From a virus (Duplodnaviria; Caudoviricetes): a stretch of DNA of 54,423 bases. The stretch spans positions 1-54,423 of IMG/VR virus record IMGVR_UViG_3300023174_000213; one strand, 5' to 3'. Positions 8,889 through 18,010 of the stretch are shown here, in pieces. Position numbers and translations under genes: made by a program. A model generated the notes under the pieces. It was not told where the DNA came from and did no database searches. It saw nothing but the letters and a program-made list of their open reading frames with translations. The number at the start of each line of letters is the position of its first letter. The stretch's first letter is position 1.

Positions 8889-9274
8889 TCCAGTGGGCGT
8901 TAGACCTCTGGCCTACGGTCAACGGCAGAGCCCTAAGTAACAACATACACCTAGAGAAGATGGAGGCGAGTGACATGCTTGATGTACTCCATTATTATAT
9001 GGAACAAGACTACTTCGCCGACTCTAGAGATCAAGCAACTCAGAAAACTCGGGTACGGAAAGTTATGTATCGAGAGTTCTATGGTCGCGACTATACGTAT
9101 GGGGTTTCGGATGAGCCTCAGGGTCGACAATACATTGATCCCGACGATCTTGACGACAACCTCAACGATGTTATTCCAGTCAACCCAACGGCCAAGCCGT
9201 ACACCCCACCCACTGAATTCAACCCCGAGAGCCCAGACCCATTTGGCGGAGTTCTCGATACACCGCTAGGATAG
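8861..9274 (+). CDS. Tail assembly chaperone C-terminal extension (probable -1 frameshift product; track start 8960)
   Basis: The -1 frame opens after TGA 8858-8860 and overlaps the chaperone end: PPGIAIRGLIQWALDLWPTVNGRAL...MEASDMLDVLHYY. Confidence 0.6.
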   Translation, partial: PPGIAIRGLIQWALDLWPTVNGRALSNNIHLEKMEASDMLDVLHYYMEQDYFADSRDQATQKTRVRKVMYREFYGRDYTYGVSDEPQGRQYIDPDDLDDNLNDVIPVNPTAKPYTPPTEFNPESPDPFGGVLDTPLG

Positions 9275-9277
9275 CCC

Positions 9278-12200
9278 GTGGCAGTTGTAGGTAGAGCCGA
9301 GATTGTCGTTCGTGCCCTGACAAGTCAGGTAGCGGACGACATTAAGCGCGGGTTCAACACAGTAGACCGGGAAGTTCAGTCTGCTGGCGCTCGCGCCGGA
9401 AATAGCTACAAAAAGGGATTTGAGAGCAAGATAGCCAATATGCGTATTGGTAAGTTTCTTACCAACCTCCGGGAAATTGCTCCTGGTGGTGAAGAGGCCG
9501 CAAAAGCGTTTACCGATTTAGTTCGTAAGGGCTACTACCTACAGTCAGGACTTGGGGCTCTTGCTGGAACTATTGGCTCTATTATTGGCGGTCTTGGTGC
9601 TCTGATTGGTTCTGCTGGCCTAGCTGCTGCCTCCGTGGTTGCACTTGGTGGGGCAATGGCCGCGGCAGCAACTGGGTTTGCCCTCATGAAGTTTGCCCTT
9701 GGTGGTATTGGAGCAGCTCTTAAAACTACTACTGGAGGTGGTGGTTCTGGAGTTGATGCAACAGCACAGGCCTTAAAAAACTTGGCCCTCACTGTAGAAC
9801 GTAATGCAGAGTCTCTAGCAGCTGCTAATGAGAATGTTCGTAGTGCTCAGATTGGTTTGAATGACGCGTACAAAGAGGGCGCTGAGTACCTACAGCAACT
9901 AGGATTTGAGGCTGAGGATGCTGCTCTCAGTCAAGAACGCGCAGCCATGTCGCTTGAAGAAGCAAGAGAAAATCTTGCTCGGGTCCAAGACCTTCCACCC
10001 AACTCTCGGGCCCGGCGAGAAGCAGAACTTGCTTTTAAGGAAGCAGATCTTAACTACCGTCAAGCTGCTGATCGGTCGAGCGACCTCGCCACTGAACAAG
10101 AGCGGTATGCACAAAATGGTGTCGATGCTACTGATGTTGTTATTCAAGCAAAGGAGCGTCTACGTCAAGCCGAAGAGGACTTAGCTCGGACAGTGCGCGA
10201 CAACCTTAGGGCGCAAATTGAGGCTGAACAAGCCGTAGCCAAAGCCCGAACTTCTGGCGCGAGCGCTGGCGTGGCGGCATATGACAAACTTACTAAAAGC
10301 CAGAAGAAGTTTGCTGACTTTCTTAAGCGGGAAATTCAGCCACAGCTGGTTGGTCTTCGTGAAGAAGTCGCTCAGGGATTCTTGCCAATGCTGGAAATCC
10401 AAATGCGTCGACTCTCTAAGGCTGGACTATTTGCAGAAATTCGTGATGGGTTTGACCAAGTCGGTGACTCTCTCGGTCTAGCAGTTAAAAACTTTACTGA
10501 TCAGCTCATGAAGTCTGGTGCCATTGATGATCTTGGTAAATTCTTTACCATGGTTGCAAATGTCATGCCTAAGGTCGGATCTATTCTTGGATCTGTATTC
10601 TCATCTATACTCACAATTTTTGATGCCGCATCCCCACTTGTTGATAAGTTCACAGCCTTTATTGACGGTAAAGCAGCCGACTTTGCCAAGTTCCTTGACA
10701 CAAAAAATGCCACTGGCCAACTTGAAACATTCTTCACTCGCGCGGGCGAAGTTGCGGGTCAGTTTGGCCAAATATTCGGCAACCTCTTCAATGGCTTTGG
10801 AGACATCATTGCCGCGAACTTTGGTCCGGGATCAGGTGGTGATCTTCTCCTCGAATACATGATTGACGCCTCCGACGGCTGGGCCAACATGAACCAGACG
10901 TTCCTAGAAAACTACTTTGTCCAAGCTGCTGAGAACACTATGGCCCTTGGAAACTCACTCGGAATTCTTGTAGACATTTTGGCGCAAGCTGGTGGGTCTC
11001 CTGAGATTGAAAAGTTCTATAACACCCTCAATCAGGGTGCGTACTACCTGGAGTACCTCGTTCAAGAAGCTCTCAAAGCCTCTGCCCCACTAGCTCAAAT
11101 TATCCTTGGTCTTACTAAACTTGCTGCAGCTTTTGCTGACTCTGGTTCTGCCGTGGTATTCCTCAATGTTGTGTCTTCTCTGGTCAATGGATTCGCATCT
11201 TTAGCGCAGACATTTAAACCACTTCTTGACTTTTTTGGTCCAATTCTTGCTGGTTTTTCCGCTCTTGGGTTTGTCATGGGAACAGTTAATAAAGTTAAGA
11301 CAATTATGATTGGTCTTCTTTCCAATCTAACACTTGGTTTTGCTAAAATGGGAATTGAAATGACACCCCTGCGAGCAGCAATGGGTAGCCTTTCTGGTGA
11401 ATTTACCAAGGCTCGAGATGCTGGTCTTACTCTGGGTACATCATTTAGGGCTGCTATAGGCTTGTCTGGTGGTATGACTGCATCTATTAAAGTGTTAGGT
11501 ACAGCACTTAAGACCTCATTGGGCCCTATTGGTCTTATCTTGATTGGCTTAGAAGCCTTAATGGCAGCTATTACTTTCATCTCAGGAGAGATTGAGAAAC
11601 AGTTCCAAGCCCGCGTAGAGGCAACAACTGTATCCCTCAAAGCAAATGCCAGTGCCATTGACACTGTCAATGCTGCTTTGGGTAAGACTGGTGACACTTT
11701 TAATAAGTTTGATACATCTGACATGACTTCGGCTCTAGAAGCTGTACGAGATGAGACTACTAATCTTACAAAAGTAAATACAAGTCTAGGTCGATCGTAC
11801 AGTGGTATGTACGGCTACGCTGGAACTGCATTTAATCAGGGACTAGCAGACGTTGAAAAATTTAGAGGTAGCTTAGACGAAGTAGGTGCCTCGCTAGCCC
11901 AAGTCGCTACGACTGACATTAGAGCTGCTCAGCAAGCTCTCCAAGGATTTAAGACCAGCACCGGAGCAACCACCGCAGAGTTTATCGAACTTACTGGCGG
12001 TGTCGAGGCATTTGGTGACGAGTATGTTAAGTCTCTCCAAACATCAGCTGCTGCCGAAGGTATCTCACTCGTCGGTAAAAATGGTCTGATTGATGCCCAG
12101 CTTGCCATGAACTACGCCCTCGGTGAGGGTGAAGTTGCTTTCCGCCGAGAGGCCGAAGCCGCTAAGCAGGCTGCCATTGATATGGGAGCAGCTTCTTACG

Positions 12201-13105
12201 CAACAGCTGAACGTGTTGATGTCATGGCCTCAAGCTTTAAGGATGGAAAATTCCAGGTTGAAGGCTTCATGGACGCCATGAAAGAAAACGCCAAGAAGTT
12301 GGTTGAGAATCTTAACAACATTCAAACAGCACAAGCTAACGGTCTGAGTCAACAAGCGGTCGACTACATTAAAGAAACATATGGAGCTCAGGCTTACCTA
12401 GTCTTCGACGAGATTGCTACCTACGGTCCGGAAAAACTTGCTGAGATGAATAACGCTATCCTCGGGCAGACAGGGGAGTTTAGCTCTGCTATGGCGCAGG
12501 CTACTGCTGCAGGAGCTACCCAGATTCAACGACAAGCCAAAATAGCATATGACAAGGGTTTGATTGATAACGCAACTTTCATTGGTGTTATTAATGGAAC
12601 TATTAAAGACTGGAAACCACCAGCTGTCAAGATTACCGCAGACACGAGTTCTTTCAGTCTCATTGAAACTAATGCAAAGCTGGCCGCTGATAAAGCAAAA
12701 GCCACAGTCAAAGTCAGCGCCGTTTCTCAGCCAAAGAGTGGTACGGTCTCTATTGCAGGAATCTCTATCCCCTTCAAGTTCTCAGGATTTAAGAACGGTG
12801 GTATGGTCGGTGGCCTCAACATGATGGGCTTTGCCAACGGAGGAATGGTATCGGGCGGTGGCTATGGCGGGGGTCGATCTGACCGTATCCCAGCCATGCT
12901 TTCCAACGGTGAGTACGTCGTGAACTCGGCAGCAACTGCTCGAAACCTTTCCACCCTCAATGCAATAAACTACGGAGGAGCCGCAGGATCCACAGGATCA
13001 ACCGTCAACATCACCGTAAACCCCTCCCCCGGAATGGACGAGCGCGAACTCGCGTCCGTCGTCTCTCAAGAACTTATGCGCCAAATGCGTCGAGGTAGTA
13101 TCTAA
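9278..13105 (+). CDS. Tape measure protein
   Basis: 1275 aa, Ala/Gly-rich helical, coiled-coil and hydrophobic segments; C-terminal FANGG..SDRIPAMLSNGEYVVN motif; follows the chaperones. Confidence 0.9.
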   Translation: MAVVGRAEIVVRALTSQVADDIKRGFNTVDREVQSAGARAGNSYKKGFESKIANMRIGKFLTNLREIAPGGEEAAKAFTDLVRKGYYLQSGLGALAGTIGSIIGGLGALIGSAGLAAASVVALGGAMAAAATGFALMKFALGGIGAALKTTTGGGGSGVDATAQALKNLALTVERNAESLAAANENVRSAQIGLNDAYKEGAEYLQQLGFEAEDAALSQERAAMSLEEARENLARVQDLPPNSRARREAELAFKEADLNYRQAADRSSDLATEQERYAQNGVDATDVVIQAKERLRQAEEDLARTVRDNLRAQIEAEQAVAKARTSGASAGVAAYDKLTKSQKKFADFLKREIQPQLVGLREEVAQGFLPMLEIQMRRLSKAGLFAEIRDGFDQVGDSLGLAVKNFTDQLMKSGAIDDLGKFFTMVANVMPKVGSILGSVFSSILTIFDAASPLVDKFTAFIDGKAADFAKFLDTKNATGQLETFFTRAGEVAGQFGQIFGNLFNGFGDIIAANFGPGSGGDLLLEYMIDASDGWANMNQTFLENYFVQAAENTMALGNSLGILVDILAQAGGSPEIEKFYNTLNQGAYYLEYLVQEALKASAPLAQIILGLTKLAAAFADSGSAVVFLNVVSSLVNGFASLAQTFKPLLDFFGPILAGFSALGFVMGTVNKVKTIMIGLLSNLTLGFAKMGIEMTPLRAAMGSLSGEFTKARDAGLTLGTSFRAAIGLSGGMTASIKVLGTALKTSLGPIGLILIGLEALMAAITFISGEIEKQFQARVEATTVSLKANASAIDTVNAALGKTGDTFNKFDTSDMTSALEAVRDETTNLTKVNTSLGRSYSGMYGYAGTAFNQGLADVEKFRGSLDEVGASLAQVATTDIRAAQQALQGFKTSTGATTAEFIELTGGVEAFGDEYVKSLQTSAAAEGISLVGKNGLIDAQLAMNYALGEGEVAFRREAEAAKQAAIDMGAASYATAERVDVMASSFKDGKFQVEGFMDAMKENAKKLVENLNNIQTAQANGLSQQAVDYIKETYGAQAYLVFDEIATYGPEKLAEMNNAILGQTGEFSSAMAQATAAGATQIQRQAKIAYDKGLIDNATFIGVINGTIKDWKPPAVKITADTSSFSLIETNAKLAADKAKATVKVSAVSQPKSGTVSIAGISIPFKFSGFKNGGMVGGLNMMGFANGGMVSGGGYGGGRSDRIPAMLSNGEYVVNSAATARNLSTLNAINYGGAAGSTGSTVNITVNPSPGMDERELASVVSQELMRQMRRGSI

Positions 13106-15825
13106 TGGCAAGAATCAATCTAGTCCCTAACCCGTCTTTCAAGACAAACACAACGGGGTGGTCAGCGACCGCCAACTCTACTATCCTTCGGTCGAGTGAT
13201 GCGGCATTCTTTGGTGACTACTCTCTCAAGATCACCAACAAGGGTACAGGCTTCTACGGTACTACTACCACCAACATCACCGGATTTACCGCAGGTCTGT
13301 CTTATGCGTTCTCGGTATATGTGTACCTACCTGACAATACTTCTGCTACGGCGTACTATAACGACGTTGAAATGCTGGTCACGTTCTACGATAGTAGCAA
13401 CAACACACTTGGGTCTACATCGCCGACCTCGGGTATCCACCGCGTCTATGATAATGACCGCTGGGAAGACAACAGACTTTCTATCGTAGCAATAGCACCT
13501 GCTGGGGTTTCCTACGCTGTTGCAACAATCCAAGCAAAGACTGATGTTTCTACAGCGAGTGAAGTCTTATATGTGGATGCGTTTCTTATTGAGCAAGCCA
13601 CCAAGGTCAATGAGTACTTTGACCAGCTCAGCGATACTCCTGCTAACGAGCAAGGACGCGAGAAAGAACTTGTCAACCGTGCGCTTACCCCAACGCCAAT
13701 TCCACATATTACGGGACCCGAACTTAATGCCGACATTTCTCTGGGCCGTCTGGTATTCAACACTATTGATGAAGACGGAACTGTATGGGTATGTACTGAT
13801 CTATCGGGATGGTGGGGTCAGACATCCCCCGATGTTCCAGACATCACACGCGGAACTGAGGATGGATCATTTGACGTATCGGGACGATACATGGCTCGCG
13901 TCATCACCCTCTCGGGAATATTTCTTCCCCAGAGCCGAGACTACCTTCCCAAGGCTCTAAGCCGACTCATCACTGAAACAGATTTAGTTCGACGTGTCTC
14001 CACGCTTCGTGTCGATGAGGATCCCACCAAGATCGCAAAAGTTCGCCTTGTTGGACAGCCTGTCATTACGACAGTAAATTCTCGCGGTCGTACTGAGTTT
14101 TCCATCACTCTTCGGGCCGCTGACCCAATCAAGTACGCATGGGCCGACAATCAAGTTGATGGGTATGAAATAAAAAGCATTAACGGTCTTGTTCCCGACG
14201 CTGCTACCAGTCCAACGGGTGCATCAAAATCAGTGACGGCAGTGAACGTTGGAAACACAACAGTCACTCCAACTGTCACTGTTTATGGCCCCATTGGGTC
14301 GGGTAGTACCGTCCACGCTACTAGTCGAGAACGAGACGAAACAATCACGCTTGTCTCAGCTTTGCGTGCTTCTGGAGCCATTGCAAGAGCTACGTCCTAT
14401 ACCCGCGACAACTTGGTAGTCACAGTTACCACCGATGCAAATCACGGTTTGCTGGTGGGAGATACAATTTCTTTTGCTTGGAGCGGCGCTATTGACCAAT
14501 ACATTGACCCACAGTCAGGTAATCATATCGTCACTGCTATCACCACTGAGACACCATATACATTCTCTTACTCACTTGCTGATGTAGTACTAGTTTCTAC
14601 CGACCTTGAACAAGATTTTACCACTACCACAATTATTGGCGGAGTTGATGTAAAGCTAACAAACCCAGATACTTTGATGGTGGACACCTACAACAAAGAA
14701 GTGTCATTCAACGGCACCACTATTGGACAGCGCTCCAAACTAGAGCCTCTTATTGACTGGATCAAACTTGACGCTGGTTCGACTAATATTACCCTCACCG
14801 ATAGCTTTGACAACTACACCGTTGTAAACAAGAAGTTTTCTCGAACCACAACCACGGCAACCGCTACTGTCCAGTTTGACCGGGCACACTTCCTGGGTCC
14901 GGGTGAAAAAGTAAATGTTTTCTTGCCCGAAAGCCGCGCTATCTCTACGACCTCAGCGGTTGCATCAACGGATATTGTAACTGTCAATACTGATACAGCT
15001 CATGGTCTTGGTGTTGGCGATCTTGTCACAGTAGAAGTCACAGAAGCAAGAAACATCACTCAAAAAGCTTATAACTTCTCCACTAAGATTGCTGCCCTCA
15101 CCCTCAACTCAACCCATTCGTGGGCCGACAATAGCCGGCTTAGTGTGGTACTCCCCTCTTCGGCCACCGCAACATCGTACTCTTTTGATACCACTAGTGA
15201 TATTGTTACAATTAACACCCAAGCAGCACATGGATTCGTTGCGGGCGACACAGTCAATATAGCCAATCCAGCCCTCTCTTCTATTGCTACTAAGAGTATG
15301 GCAGATGGCGTTGCAACACTTACTACTAGGACAGCACACGGGCTTACCACTGCAGGAGATGCATCGGTTGTGTTGCCAGTAACCACAACTCTGGCCCTCA
15401 AGGCCGTGAGCGGAACAACGGTGACTATGACTACTACAACTGCACATGGATTCTCGGTGACAGACCGTGTGGCTATCGATCTGCCAACTACCGCCACCGT
15501 TGATGCCTTTGCATACGGCGGGTATGCAACTCAACTCGTCACTGTCACAACAACCGCCGCCCACGGGTTTTCAATTGGGGACCAGATCAGCCCCCTATTC
15601 AACTCTACCTACGACGCATATGAGGGTACGTACTACATCCAGTCCATCCCGACTACAACGTCTTTCACTTACTACTACTTTGGTTCACAGACTGCTGCCG
15701 TAGCAGAAGATGGTGCGGCTACCGGAACAATCACCAACGTGACTAATACTGGGCTCAATACCGCCAGTGTGGTCATCACATCTGTCCCAACTTCCACGAC
15801 ATTCACATATACGAAGGTGAGCTAG
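13105..15825 (+). CDS. Evolved distal tail protein (Dit-like), N-terminal part: CBM-like domain, Dit core, nested beta-barrels
   Basis: First gene after the tape measure. NLVPNPSF start; Dit-like GWWG, FSITLRAADP.KY, N.GNT...P, DTLMVDT, DWIKLDAGSTNI motifs; seven AHG..GD N-halves then two C-halves. Confidence 0.7.
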   Translation: MARINLVPNPSFKTNTTGWSATANSTILRSSDAAFFGDYSLKITNKGTGFYGTTTTNITGFTAGLSYAFSVYVYLPDNTSATAYYNDVEMLVTFYDSSNNTLGSTSPTSGIHRVYDNDRWEDNRLSIVAIAPAGVSYAVATIQAKTDVSTASEVLYVDAFLIEQATKVNEYFDQLSDTPANEQGREKELVNRALTPTPIPHITGPELNADISLGRLVFNTIDEDGTVWVCTDLSGWWGQTSPDVPDITRGTEDGSFDVSGRYMARVITLSGIFLPQSRDYLPKALSRLITETDLVRRVSTLRVDEDPTKIAKVRLVGQPVITTVNSRGRTEFSITLRAADPIKYAWADNQVDGYEIKSINGLVPDAATSPTGASKSVTAVNVGNTTVTPTVTVYGPIGSGSTVHATSRERDETITLVSALRASGAIARATSYTRDNLVVTVTTDANHGLLVGDTISFAWSGAIDQYIDPQSGNHIVTAITTETPYTFSYSLADVVLVSTDLEQDFTTTTIIGGVDVKLTNPDTLMVDTYNKEVSFNGTTIGQRSKLEPLIDWIKLDAGSTNITLTDSFDNYTVVNKKFSRTTTTATATVQFDRAHFLGPGEKVNVFLPESRAISTTSAVASTDIVTVNTDTAHGLGVGDLVTVEVTEARNITQKAYNFSTKIAALTLNSTHSWADNSRLSVVLPSSATATSYSFDTTSDIVTINTQAAHGFVAGDTVNIANPALSSIATKSMADGVATLTTRTAHGLTTAGDASVVLPVTTTLALKAVSGTTVTMTTTTAHGFSVTDRVAIDLPTTATVDAFAYGGYATQLVTVTTTAAHGFSIGDQISPLFNSTYDAYEGTYYIQSIPTTTSFTYYYFGSQTAAVAEDGAATGTITNVTNTGLNTASVVITSVPTSTTFTYTKVS

Positions 15826-15828
15826 CAC

Positions 15829-17976
15829 ATGGCAATATCAGAGACATTTGGAGGCACAACCAACACCTCCTATAGTATGGATTCAAGCTACGTACAATCA
15901 TCAGTCCCCCTGATTACTACAGTGAATCAGGCGTATGACCTCACTAGACCAATAAAGCTCACCCAGCTCCGCACATATCTAGGTTCTTACGATGGTGTCG
16001 GAAATATCGTTGCTACCTTGGCTGGGTTTACTGCAACATTTAACAATGTTGCAATTGACTCCTCTCCTCCGCTTTCTAGTTGGGCTACACTCTCTGGGTC
16101 TTATGTAGATACAGTTAGTGCATCTTCTTTTACTTTCCGACTTAATCCATCTACTCAGGGTGGTATTTATTTTAAGCGAGGTGGTTCCGGCACCACCGTA
16201 CAAGAAACTTCTGGGTATACATGGAATTCAAGACTTTTTGGTGAGTACAAATATCTTGAAGCCCCAATGGCATCGGAGAATTTTGTAGCAACTGCTAGTG
16301 GCACTGCGGGTTTAGTAACTTTTTCGTGGACTGCTTCCAATACTTCTAGTGCTACGGTTGCACCCATCACTGGGTATGACATTTACCGGGGCCTATCGTC
16401 TACCACTGTTACGACATATATTGGTAGCACTACTGGAACATCATTTTCATATACGGCACCAGATAGTACCGCGTATAGGTACCACGTTAGAGTCAGAAAT
16501 TCTGTAACAGAAGCAGCTGGTACTACCAGTCTAGCCTCCAACGTATCAACCGCAACAGCAAACTTTACATCAGTAGCATCTAACCCCTCAAACATGGTAG
16601 CAACACCTTCCACAACGGGGCGGATTGATTTGACGTGGTCTGCACCTGTCACTGCACCCGCAACATACGGCTATAAAATCTATCAAAATGGTGTACTTAT
16701 CAACACTATAGCGATATCGTCAAACCCCTCAGAGGCTTATTCAGTTACTGGTTTAACGCCTGGTGTCTCATACTCGTTCTACGTCACATCCACCGCCTCA
16801 GGTGGAGATAGTGGTTCGTCCAACACAGCAACTGCAACAGCACCCGGCTTTGCAGCGGCTGCGTCAGCGCTTTCAGTCACATCAATTATCACAACAACTG
16901 CTCTGGCCTCCGTTGAAGTCCCCAAACAGCTTCGCCTGTCGTGGACTGAGCCTGCTAGTATGACCAATACTGGTGGCTACAAAATCTATCGTGACGGTGT
17001 TCAGATTGCCGGTGCTGGTAGCGTGGCTGGGACCATCATTGGACGGATGACAAATCCTACCTACATTGACAGTGATCCAGCACTCGTGGCTGGGACCCAA
17101 TACTCCTATACAATTAGGGCGTATCTGGCGGCCTCTACTGAAGTCGGTACTTTGACAGCCCCCGTTACGGGAATCCCAGTAAACGCTTCCATCCAAGAAG
17201 TTACAGATACTGTTGCTAACTTGACTAATACTGAATTTGATGGAATCTACGACAATTTAGTTACTGTAATTAACCCTACGACATTCAGCTACCCTGTGAC
17301 GGACGGGACAGCGTATTCAGTTCAATCAGTAGATGATGGTTTTGGAACTGTCTCGGGATCATTGCTTGAAATCTTTGGGATTGATCGCACAATTGCAACA
17401 GTTCCAACCACTAAATCATTTACTTTTGCATTCAGTAGCGCTCTACCCAGTATCTCCCCTGCTATTGGTGTTAGTGCAGTTGCCACTAATAAGACAAATG
17501 CTGCTTTGAGTGGTACTAGTTTTACAGTAGACCCAAGTACATCAACTGGAACTTCCACTGTCTACTACTCTGTCACAAACGCGGCGCTTCCTGCAAGCAT
17601 TACCGCAGTTGCCACTACTGGAGTTGCAAATAACCTGGACTCAGGTGTAATCAACGACACTTTAACCGCTGTAGTATCCGTCCCAACTGCCTTATCATTT
17701 ACCTATACTAAGAGTGGGGCCGGAATTGCTACAGATCAAGCTGAAGCCCTCACTACTGGTACAGTCACTATTCCAGCCAATAAAAATATCTATAACGCTG
17801 TCGACAAGCTTATCGCAAGTGTCCCCCGGTACGACACCGTGGTCTACACAACTACCGTCGCAAACTCGGGTGCGACCAGTGAAGATGTTAGCCCTACTTT
17901 TCCTAACGAAACGGCCCGACGAACAACCAGCATTGCATCAGCAGAAATAGAATACCGCTCAGGCTGGATTGGGTAG
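15829..17976 (+). CDS. Minor tail protein: fibronectin-III-like domains plus five barrel C-halves and the Dit-like terminal strand
   Basis: Fn3-like LTWSAP..GYKIY..GLTPGVSYSFYV repeats (about 3); C-terminal ...TFSY/SFTF/SFTY units; ends AEIEYRSGWIG; in frame with the upstream gene. Confidence 0.65.
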   Translation: MAISETFGGTTNTSYSMDSSYVQSSVPLITTVNQAYDLTRPIKLTQLRTYLGSYDGVGNIVATLAGFTATFNNVAIDSSPPLSSWATLSGSYVDTVSASSFTFRLNPSTQGGIYFKRGGSGTTVQETSGYTWNSRLFGEYKYLEAPMASENFVATASGTAGLVTFSWTASNTSSATVAPITGYDIYRGLSSTTVTTYIGSTTGTSFSYTAPDSTAYRYHVRVRNSVTEAAGTTSLASNVSTATANFTSVASNPSNMVATPSTTGRIDLTWSAPVTAPATYGYKIYQNGVLINTIAISSNPSEAYSVTGLTPGVSYSFYVTSTASGGDSGSSNTATATAPGFAAAASALSVTSIITTTALASVEVPKQLRLSWTEPASMTNTGGYKIYRDGVQIAGAGSVAGTIIGRMTNPTYIDSDPALVAGTQYSYTIRAYLAASTEVGTLTAPVTGIPVNASIQEVTDTVANLTNTEFDGIYDNLVTVINPTTFSYPVTDGTAYSVQSVDDGFGTVSGSLLEIFGIDRTIATVPTTKSFTFAFSSALPSISPAIGVSAVATNKTNAALSGTSFTVDPSTSTGTSTVYYSVTNAALPASITAVATTGVANNLDSGVINDTLTAVVSVPTALSFTYTKSGAGIATDQAEALTTGTVTIPANKNIYNAVDKLIASVPRYDTVVYTTTVANSGATSEDVSPTFPNETARRTTSIASAEIEYRSGWIG

Positions 17977-17991
17977 TGTAAAATAAAAGAA

Positions 17992-18006
17992 ATGACAAAA
18001 GACTAG
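17992..18006 (+). other. Putative leaderless 4-codon micro-ORF (MTKD*)
   Basis: TAAAAT 17979-17984, ATG 17992, TAG 18004-18006, 4 nt before ATG 18011. Confidence 0.3.
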
Positions 18007-18010
18007 GGAC

